From Candidatus Nealsonbacteria bacterium (GTDB taxonomy: Bacteria > Patescibacteriota > Minisyncoccia > Minisyncoccales > RBG-13-42-11): a DNA stretch of 64,000 bases. The stretch spans positions 12,727-76,726 of the forward strand of contig JAPLXK010000003.1 of NCBI GenBank assembly GCA_026396095.1, read 5' to 3'. Numbering within the stretch: position 1 is the first letter of the stretch; every line of letters begins with the position of its first letter. A model generated the notes under the pieces. That model did no database searches. It was not told the DNA's origin and was given only the letters and a program-made list of their open reading frames with translations. The translations under genes and the position numbers were made by a program. This document shows, in pieces, positions 57,431-64,000 of this stretch.

Positions 57431-57895
57431 GTGAGGCTGGTTGATGAAGCCGGAAATCAGCTTGGCGTTGTACCGTTGACGGAGGCTCTCAGAATATCCG
57501 GTGAGCGCAATTTAGACCTGATACAGGTTACGGAAAGAGTGGATCCTCCGGTCTGCAGGATAGAAGATTACGGAAAATATCTTTACCGGGAAGAAAAGAA
57601 AAACCGCTCAGAAAAAAAACAAAAGGGAGGAGAGCTTAAGGGAATACGCCTCACCTACAACATATCCGTTCATGATATGGAAACCCGGGCTCACCAAGCA
57701 GAAAAATTCTTAAAGAACGGGGATAATGTCAGGGTTGAATTGACCTTAAGGGGAAGAGAAAAAGCGCTCCAGGGGTTTGCCAAGAATAAAATGGACAAAT
57801 TCTTGGAAATTTTAAGCGCTATTACGCCCATAAAAATTGAAAAGCAATTGAAAAGAGAGTCCAGAGGATTAACAATGATAATTTCCAAAGGATAA
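57431..57895 (+). CDS. infC: translation initiation factor IF-3
   Basis: VRLVDEAGNQLGVV...LDLIQVTE...PVCRIEDYGKY motifs. The in-frame upstream translation (..IFKRPLLNNQIRAREVRLVD) matches the conserved IF3 N-terminus, which implies a non-AUG start (ATC 57386 or ATA 57416) rather than the listed GTG. Confidence 0.85.
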   Translation: MRLVDEAGNQLGVVPLTEALRISGERNLDLIQVTERVDPPVCRIEDYGKYLYREEKKNRSEKKQKGGELKGIRLTYNISVHDMETRAHQAEKFLKNGDNVRVELTLRGREKALQGFAKNKMDKFLEILSAITPIKIEKQLKRESRGLTMIISKG

Positions 57896-57898
57896 AAC

Positions 57899-58093
57899 AT
57901 GCCAAAAATAAAAACAAAAAAGTCGGTTACCAAGCGCTTCAAAATCACCAAGAACGGTAAAATCTTCAGAAGAGCTACCGGCCTTAATCATTTTCGCGCA
58001 AAAAAAACCGGAAATCAGGTGAGAAAGGGCAGAAAAATGGTCAGGCTTTCCGATTCCGAGTTTAGAGCAATTAATAAATTTCTAAAGATTTAA
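57899..58093 (+). CDS. rpmI: 50S ribosomal protein L35
   Basis: MPKIKTKKSVTKRFKITKNGK. Confidence 0.9.
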   Translation: MPKIKTKKSVTKRFKITKNGKIFRRATGLNHFRAKKTGNQVRKGRKMVRLSDSEFRAINKFLKI

Positions 58094-58094
58094 T

Positions 58095-58430
58095 ATGGTA
58101 AGAGTTAAACGGGGAGTAATGGCGCATAAAAGAAGAAAGCATTTATTGGAATATGCCAAGGGTTTTCGCTGGGGAAGAAAATCAAAATTCAAAGCGGCTA
58201 AAGACGCCGTGTACCATGCCTGGGAATACGCTTACCAGGGAAGAAAGAATAAAAAAAGGACCTTCAGGGGCCTCTGGCAAACCCAGATAGGCGCAGTTGT
58301 CAAAGAAAACGGCATTTCATACAGCAAATTCATTTCTTCTCTTAAGAAAAACAAAATTGAAATTGACAGAAAGGTTTTATCCTTTTTGGCCCAAGACCAC
58401 CCGGAAATATTTAAAGCCATCTGTTTGTAA
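58095..58430 (+). CDS. rplT: 50S ribosomal protein L20
   Basis: MVRVKRGVMAHKRRK...QIGAVVKENGISYSKFI. Confidence 0.9.
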   Translation: MVRVKRGVMAHKRRKHLLEYAKGFRWGRKSKFKAAKDAVYHAWEYAYQGRKNKKRTFRGLWQTQIGAVVKENGISYSKFISSLKKNKIEIDRKVLSFLAQDHPEIFKAICL

Positions 58431-58446
58431 GATGGCTTTTTGATTT
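58414..58446 (+). terminator. Rho-independent terminator of the infC-rpmI-rplT operon
   Basis: Stem AAGCCATC/GATGGCTT spanning the rplT stop, followed by TTTTTGATTTTT. Confidence 0.6.
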
Positions 58447-58456
58447 TTAAAAATAT

Positions 58457-59821
58457 CTATAATGCTATTATTTCTGACAGATCGCAATCAACGCACAGGC
58501 GTTCTCTGGGAAGCCCGATGGCTGAAATAAGATCGTCAATCGTATTGTATTTCAAACTTTCAACCCCTAAAAATTCTATTCTTTGTCTTTCTTTCGGATA
58601 CTTTGCGACCAATACCTCGCCTTTTTGGGTGGTTTTGCCCCAAGGACAATGGGACCATAGTTCAGGATTGGAAATCCTTAAGTGGATTCCTTTTGTTCCG
58701 AGCCTCTTCAGCTTCGGGACAAGTCCTTCTCTGGTCTGAACCCCTCTGACGATTGAATCGTCGCAGACAACCACTTCTTTATCTTGATATGTGTTTTCTC
58801 CGCTGGAGAGAATCTTGATGTTCGCCTCAAAGCTTCTTTCTTTATCCGTAGCAGGAGTAAAACTTCTTCCTGCGTAAGGATATTTCACGAGCGCTTCGTC
58901 GTAGAGCGGAATCTTTTTAATCTTGCCTTCGTTTGCTTGCCGGCAGAACTCCTGGTGATATCCTATGGCGTGGAATCTGCCGGAATCGGGAATGGGCACG
59001 ACTATGTCGGGGAAAAATCCGCTTTCAATGTCTTTGCTGGCCAAAGCCGCTCCCAATCTTTTTCTTACCTCAGAGGCCGATATTCCTTCGAAGACGCTGA
59101 CCGGAGAAGATGTGTAAACCCAGACAAAGCTGCAAAATTGTATTATGCTTGTCAGAATCTGACCGACCGTCTTCCAATGTCCATTTTTCAGCAAGACAAT
59201 TTCTCCAGGCTTTAGGTCCCGCAAAATCTTAAATCCGAGATTGCTGAAACTGATGGATTCTGAAGCAACAGCCGTTGCTCCGTGTTTTTCTCCGATAACC
59301 ATGGGCCAATGGCCGTTGGAAGAACGAGCTGCATAAATCCCCTCTGAAGCGAGAATAATGATGGAGAAAGCTCCTTTTATTTTCGAACCTGCATTCTTTA
59401 TGCCGTCCACAATGTTGTTTTCCTGAGCTATCAGCTTGGTGATTATCTCTATGTCGTCTCCTCCTCTGCAAAAGCTGTGTCCGTCATTTTTGAAACAGTT
59501 CGCCAGTTCGGAATTGTTGATGATATTGCCTGAAAAACAGGCGCAAAATTCGCCTATTTTTGATTCGGCCAGAAAAGGCTCTCTGGACAAACCGCAATAA
59601 CCGATTCCTTCCGTTCCCTCAAACTCTTCTCTCTCCGGGCCGAACATGGGACGGAAAAGTCCCTTGTGGGTTTGGATATTTATGTCTTTCGAATTTTTTA
59701 CAGCTAATCCGCCGTACTTTTCGCCCAAATGCTGTTCGTAGAAAGTTCCCAAGAATAATTCCTTGGAAAAATCACTGTCGCAATCCTCGGGATCAACGCT
59801 TATTCCAAATAGTCCTGCCAT
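58457..59821 (-). CDS. purF: amidophosphoribosyltransferase (PurF) homolog lacking the Cys1 glutaminase nucleophile
   Basis: PRTase motifs IVVPIPDSGRFHAIGY and VVVCDDSIVRGVQTREG. The N-terminus MAGLFGIS aligns to PurF (M)CGVFGI with Cys replaced by Ala. GGAGG SD 6 nt upstream fixes the start, and there is an in-frame stop 7 codons upstream. Confidence 0.75.
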   Translation of the reverse strand: MAGLFGISVDPEDCDSDFSKELFLGTFYEQHLGEKYGGLAVKNSKDINIQTHKGLFRPMFGPEREEFEGTEGIGYCGLSREPFLAESKIGEFCACFSGNIINNSELANCFKNDGHSFCRGGDDIEIITKLIAQENNIVDGIKNAGSKIKGAFSIIILASEGIYAARSSNGHWPMVIGEKHGATAVASESISFSNLGFKILRDLKPGEIVLLKNGHWKTVGQILTSIIQFCSFVWVYTSSPVSVFEGISASEVRKRLGAALASKDIESGFFPDIVVPIPDSGRFHAIGYHQEFCRQANEGKIKKIPLYDEALVKYPYAGRSFTPATDKERSFEANIKILSSGENTYQDKEVVVCDDSIVRGVQTREGLVPKLKRLGTKGIHLRISNPELWSHCPWGKTTQKGEVLVAKYPKERQRIEFLGVESLKYNTIDDLISAIGLPRERLCVDCDLSEIIAL

Positions 59822-59943
59822 TAATAACCTCCTTCTGAATTAAAATAAGGGCTGTTAAATTGGTAAGGTACAACCTTAGATTACAACCCTCCGTTTTTTA
59901 AATACCACGCCTTCTTTTTTAAGTAAAGCAACTTTTCTTTTTA

Positions 59944-60080
59944 TTCCGTATCTGTATCCTCCGACCTCCGCATCGTGAACAACGTTAGAACCATTTTAAC
60001 GAAGCAAGATGGGTATATTTATATTCCAGATTTAAGGGCATTCTCAAGTTTATAATTTACCCCACCCCGCTACTCACTAT
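59944..60080. repeat. intergenic repeat element copy B (homologous to 2122-2237)
   Basis: Same conserved blocks as copy A plus an 18-20 nt insertion after TTCCGTATC. Confidence 0.5.
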
Positions 60081-60112
60081 ATATTAAACAAAAACCGCCT
60101 GATTGGCGGTTT
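60078..60112 (-). terminator. Rho-independent terminator AAAACCGCCTGATTGGCGGTTT (functional orientation minus)
   Basis: Third copy of the CCGCC-TGATY-GGCGG hairpin. T-run only on the minus strand. Confidence 0.5.
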
Positions 60113-60388
60113 CCTAAACGGAACTCCAGCCTATAAGACGATGTTAGAACTTGTTTGAACTATTATTAAATTCAGATGGTTGACAATATCCTTTGGTCTT
60201 GCTAATTTTAGAATAGAATCACTACGAAAAAGCACTTCTTTGGGTTCCGTCCCTAAGCGGTGCTTTTTCATTTATGCCCTAATATACCCCAATCTTTTCT
60301 TAAGATTGTCCATGAACCAAATTTTCTCTTTTGCGACTCTTTGTAGAAGCACAAAACAATCCTCTCTTTAGAAATTTTTCTTACTGCT

Positions 60389-60811
60389 TCAAAAACCTTT
60401 TTCTGAAAGTAGGTTGTCAGCTTTTTCAATAATTTTTTGGGCATTTTTAAAAGTTAATTGCTTTTTAGCTTCTTTGTAATCCAGCCACTTGAATCCAATG
60501 TGCTCTTCGGAAAGATTTATTTTTTCAGTTTTAGTTTCTGCCAAATAAAAAATAACTGTTTTTGAAATTGTTTTTTTCTTCACCGTGAAAAAATATTTAA
60601 TCGATTCTTTGAATCCCTTAATAAAAATAATGTCTTTTATCCCTGTTTCTTCTTCTGTCTCCCTCTTCACAGTTTCGATTTCCTTCTCGCCCTTTTCAAT
60701 ATGTCCCTTAGGAAATTCCCAGTGTCCGGATTGATAGTGCAAAAGAAGGTAAAGTTTTTTACCTTCCTGTTTCCGAAAAATTATTGCTCCTGCTGAATAT
60801 TCTAGAGACAT
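60389..60811 (-). CDS. NUDIX hydrolase
   Basis: NUDIX box GHWEFPKGHIEKGEKEIETVKRETEEETGI. Confidence 0.8.
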   Translation of the reverse strand: MSLEYSAGAIIFRKQEGKKLYLLLHYQSGHWEFPKGHIEKGEKEIETVKRETEEETGIKDIIFIKGFKESIKYFFTVKKKTISKTVIFYLAETKTEKINLSEEHIGFKWLDYKEAKKQLTFKNAQKIIEKADNLLSEKGF

Positions 60812-60813
60812 GG

Positions 60814-62538
60814 TTATTTGAAAAATTTCAGGAGCTTTTCTATCGGCTGGCTGTTTATAATATCCTCCTTCTCGGCCCAGCCCCTTCTAGCCTGGGCGAT
60901 TCCCAACTCAATAAATCTCAGATGGCCCTTACTGTGAGAATCTGTATTAATCACCATTTTTACTTTCGCCTCCTTGGCCATGCGGATTCTCTGGTCGTTT
61001 AAATCCAGCCTTTCCGGCCATGAATTTATTTCCAAAATCTTATTATGTTCCTTGGCTGCTTTTAAAACCTTGTCGAAATCAACCAGATATTCGTCTCTTT
61101 TTTTCAGTATCCTTCCGGTAGGGTGGGAGATGATATCAATATTTGGATTTTTTATCGCATTTATAATCCTTTCTGTCATTTCATCCTTTTCCATTTTAAA
61201 GCTGGAATGAACCCCGGCGATAACATAATCCAGCTTGGCCAAGGCTTCGTCTTTTATGTCTGCCGAACCGTCTTTTAAAATGTTTGTTTCGCAGCCCTGA
61301 AGAATCCTGAATTTTTTATTCTCTTTTTTCAGTTTTTCGTTTAACCGGCCTATTTCTTTTCTTTGCGATTCCAGCTTCTTCTCGTCCAAACCGTTCTCTA
61401 TCTTTAAATATTTGGTATGGTCTGAAATCCCTATATATTCATATCCCATGGCCATGGCTGTTTTAGCCGTTTCTTCAATCGAATTTTCTCCTCCGTCCCA
61501 ATCCGAATGGCAATGAAGATCTCCCCTGATCTCATCGTATCCTATAATCTTCGGCAATTCTTTCTTTAGGGCTTTTTCTATTTCTCCCTGGTCTTCCCTT
61601 AATTCCGGCTCTATCCAGGGAAGCCCCAAGACTCTGTAAACTCCCGCTTCGTTCCATCCGGCAATCATTTTCTTTCCCTTAAAAACTCCGTATTCGTTGA
61701 GTTTCAGGCCTTTCTCGATGGCCAGACGCCTGGTGGCAATATTATGCTCTTTTGAACCGGTAAAATACTGCAGGGCTGATCCGTAGCTTTTATTGTGGAC
61801 CGTTCTCAGGTCCACATCAAAACCCTGTTCCAGCCTGATCGAAGATTTGGTCGTTCCCTTCACCCAAACCTTTACTATTCCCGGCAAAGAAACAAAAAAA
61901 TCCATAACTTTTTTTGGATTTTTTGTTGTAATCAAAATATCAACGTCTCCTATGGTTTCCTTCATTCTCCTTACTGAACCGGCAACGCTGATCTGCTCAA
62001 CTTCTTTTAATGTTTTCAGTTTTGTTATTATTTCCTTTACCTCTGGCAAGATTTCCCCCAAGAGAAACCTTCCTTTGCTTTTTTTCAAAAAAGCTATTCC
62101 TTCCAAAATGTTCTTTTCCGTCTTTTCCTTGAAGCCGAATAAAGAAGCGATCTTGTGCCCCTTGGCCGCTTTTTCCAGTTCTTTCAGGTTTTTAATCCCT
62201 AATTTTTGATACAGCGTCTTGGTTTTTCTGGGCCCCAATCCCTCTACGGCAAGCAATTCTTCCAAATCTATCGGCATCTTCTTTTTCAAATCATCATATG
62301 ATTTGATTTTTCCCGTCTTAAGATATTCTTCAATTTTTTCCGCAATATTTTTTCCCACTCCTGGAATTTTTTCCAAGGCCTTGATTCCTCCTTCTCTGTA
62401 AACTTTCTCCACTCCCTCTTCAAGCGACTCCAAGCTCATGGCCACCCTTTGATAAGCAAAGGGCTTGAAAGCCACGTTTTCCATTCTTAGATAATCGGCA
62501 ATTTCGTAAAAAATTTTAGCCAACTCTTGATTTTTCAT
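60814..62538 (-). CDS. polX: family X DNA polymerase with C-terminal PHP phosphoesterase domain (PolX)
   Basis: N-terminal HhH/pol-beta fold (GVGKNIAEKI, GSVRRMKETIGDVDIL). C-terminal PHP motifs HCHSDWDGG and DSHS. Confidence 0.85.
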   Translation of the reverse strand: MKNQELAKIFYEIADYLRMENVAFKPFAYQRVAMSLESLEEGVEKVYREGGIKALEKIPGVGKNIAEKIEEYLKTGKIKSYDDLKKKMPIDLEELLAVEGLGPRKTKTLYQKLGIKNLKELEKAAKGHKIASLFGFKEKTEKNILEGIAFLKKSKGRFLLGEILPEVKEIITKLKTLKEVEQISVAGSVRRMKETIGDVDILITTKNPKKVMDFFVSLPGIVKVWVKGTTKSSIRLEQGFDVDLRTVHNKSYGSALQYFTGSKEHNIATRRLAIEKGLKLNEYGVFKGKKMIAGWNEAGVYRVLGLPWIEPELREDQGEIEKALKKELPKIIGYDEIRGDLHCHSDWDGGENSIEETAKTAMAMGYEYIGISDHTKYLKIENGLDEKKLESQRKEIGRLNEKLKKENKKFRILQGCETNILKDGSADIKDEALAKLDYVIAGVHSSFKMEKDEMTERIINAIKNPNIDIISHPTGRILKKRDEYLVDFDKVLKAAKEHNKILEINSWPERLDLNDQRIRMAKEAKVKMVINTDSHSKGHLRFIELGIAQARRGWAEKEDIINSQPIEKLLKFFK

Positions 62539-62547
62539 CTTTAAAAA

Positions 62548-63186
62548 TTAAAGAGGTTTTTCTATTGTGGGCTTATCTATCGGCGGAGTTTTAAAAGCAA
62601 AATGGTCTTTATCAAAAAGGTGGGGACGTACAAAAAGCAGGGCTGTTGAAGATAATATCCCGAAAATTCCGAGCAGAAGAAAAACCGCCTTAAACCCGAA
62701 AGCAGCTGCCAGTATTCCCCCGGCTGCCCCGGCAAATGCAGCGGCAATGCCGATGCCCGTGCTTTCAATGCTCCAGGAAAACGCTTCCCTTCCCTTGTCT
62801 ACGTGGCGGGTAAAAAGCCCGTACCAGGTCGGCACAACGCAAGCCATGGCCAGTCCCCTGAAACACTCTAAAACAAATATGTGCCAGGGCTGGGTGGAAA
62901 AAATATATCCGAAAGGTATCAGGCTGGACATGTACATTCCTGCCACCAAAAAAGCGAAATCGTCTTTTTCTCCGTGGTTTTTATCGAGATAATGGGCGAG
63001 AAAGGGCTGAACTATTGATTTGGTGATCCAATAGGCAGAAGCGACGAAACCGACCATTTTTAGATCTGCTCCCTGGATCTGGGTTGTTAAAAAAACTGCG
63101 AAAATGGGGCCGACAAAACCCCATCCTATCTGAAGCAAAAAATCGGAAACAATCAAGGTTTTGATTACTTTGTTTATTTTAAACAT
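62548..63186 (-). CDS. hypothetical polytopic membrane protein (MFS-half-like, about 6 TM)
   Basis: 212 aa, six hydrophobic helices. Confidence 0.4.
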   Translation of the reverse strand: MFKINKVIKTLIVSDFLLQIGWGFVGPIFAVFLTTQIQGADLKMVGFVASAYWITKSIVQPFLAHYLDKNHGEKDDFAFLVAGMYMSSLIPFGYIFSTQPWHIFVLECFRGLAMACVVPTWYGLFTRHVDKGREAFSWSIESTGIGIAAAFAGAAGGILAAAFGFKAVFLLLGIFGILSSTALLFVRPHLFDKDHFAFKTPPIDKPTIEKPL

Positions 63187-63979
63187 TTTCTTCTATAAGG
63201 TCTTCTACCTTTGATACCTTGGTTAATAAAGATTTTTTTAATAGGCCTATTCCCAGCCGGAAAAAAAATATTATTCCGGCCAGAGCAAAAATCAATTCCG
63301 CCCCCCTGATGATCATGGTAAAAGCAGCGGCCGTGGAAGCCCCTATGCCTAAAGAATTAAAAGCGAATGTTTGGATCGCCTCATGGCTGCCCAAAGAGGT
63401 GGGAGTAGGAATTGTTGCCGCCAAATAAGAAAAGCCTAGTATTGATAAGGATTCCAAGGGCCCGAAACTTTTACCCAAAAAAAGAATCAAAACCCAAGCC
63501 CTTAAATAGGTAATTCCTGATTTTAAAAAAGAAATTCCTAAGCCCTTCCATATTGCTGATTTTTTAAAATCAAAAAAATCAAAAACCTCTTTTTCTGTTT
63601 CAAAGGGCTGGTTTTTATTGTTTCTCAAAAAAAACCCTATGATGCTCTCTTTTTTGATGCATTTGAAATAAAATAATCCTAGAGCAATAAAAATCAATAA
63701 AAATGATCCGCCAAAAATTGCCAGTAAGTTAAGCGGAGGAAAATCAACCAGAAAAACAAAAAATATGCTGCCCGTAAAGATAATTATCAAATTGGTGGTC
63801 CATTCCAAGATCCTGTCAATAATCACCGAACCCATTCCCTTTGGCCAGGGAACAGAATTTTTCTCTTTTAAAACATATCCCCGGAAAAGCTCTCCTCCCC
63901 AGAAAATAATCGGCGCTAAAAACATCAAAGAAAAACCGGCCAGATAGGATTTAAAAAGTTCAAAAAAGGGGACATTCAC
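63179..63979 (-). CDS. membrane protein resembling the lysylphosphatidylglycerol-synthase TM/flippase-like domain (UPF0104)
   Basis: Multiple TM helices with conserved Arg/Glu in loops. The N-terminus may continue beyond the window edge. Confidence 0.45.
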   Translation of the reverse strand: MNVPFFELFKSYLAGFSLMFLAPIIFWGGELFRGYVLKEKNSVPWPKGMGSVIIDRILEWTTNLIIIFTGSIFFVFLVDFPPLNLLAIFGGSFLLIFIALGLFYFKCIKKESIIGFFLRNNKNQPFETEKEVFDFFDFKKSAIWKGLGISFLKSGITYLRAWVLILFLGKSFGPLESLSILGFSYLAATIPTPTSLGSHEAIQTFAFNSLGIGASTAAAFTMIIRGAELIFALAGIIFFFRLGIGLLKKSLLTKVSKVEDLIEENV

Positions 63980-64000
63980 GCCCCTGCTTTTTAAAATCTC

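Noticed and set aside
59822-59943. Purine or ZTP (pfl) riboswitch upstream of purF (and 39886-39983 upstream of purC)
   Set aside because: Neither the purine-aptamer core (UAUA..GGAUAUGG..GUUUCUACC) nor the pfl GGGUCGUGAC/CCGCCUGGGCA elements are present on the minus strand.
60180-60371. 63-aa plus-strand ORF starting at the TTGACA hexamer
   Set aside because: Starts with TTG inside a promoter-like hexamer, has no RBS, and crosses a strong hairpin. More likely non-coding.
1-64000. CRISPR arrays, rRNA genes, transposase/integrase genes, strong GC-skew islands
   Set aside because: No regularly spaced direct repeats and no rRNA-like conserved blocks. No ORF has DDE/tyrosine-recombinase motifs. 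Per-gene GC varies between about 35 and 46 percent across clearly native genes (clpB about 43 percent), so GC alone was not used to call islands.

Overview
This 64 kb window looks like part of a small, AT-rich bacterial genome with Candidate Phyla Radiation (Patescibacteria/Parcubacteria)-like traits, carrying roughly 60 tightly packed and often overlapping genes, most of them on the minus strand. The content is mainly housekeeping:

- **Translation:** six aminoacyl-tRNA synthetases (hisS, leuS, metG, glyQS, ileS, argS), the smpB-tmRNA-infC-rpmI-rplT cluster and rpsU.
- **Division and envelope:** ftsA-ftsZ, and cell-wall precursor genes (murA, glmS, a GlmU-like nucleotidyltransferase, yvcK, a PAP2 phosphatase, GT2/GT28 glycosyltransferases, a clan-A glycoside hydrolase).
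- **Chaperone and proteases:** clpB plus a catalytically dead HtrA-like protein, lepB and an M16 peptidase.
- **DNA metabolism and competence:** topA, dprA, recO, comEC, tatD and a PolX/NUDIX pair.
- **Energy and purine metabolism:** an indolepyruvate-type 2-oxoacid:ferredoxin oxidoreductase (iorAB), an orphan purC, a PurF homolog lacking its Cys1 nucleophile, and an MtaD-like deaminase.

RNA genes are a class-II tRNA-Leu(CAA) right after topA and a tmRNA whose 5' end overlaps the smpB stop codon.

Accessory or unusual content, listed under findings, includes two small unannotated cassettes (47-3030 and 8100-9500), a giant surface protein, paired intergenic repeat elements and several atypical housekeeping proteins.

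No CRISPR array, rRNA, transposase or integrase was seen. All protein assignments rest on motif-level recognition from the translated ORFs only; no database search was possible.
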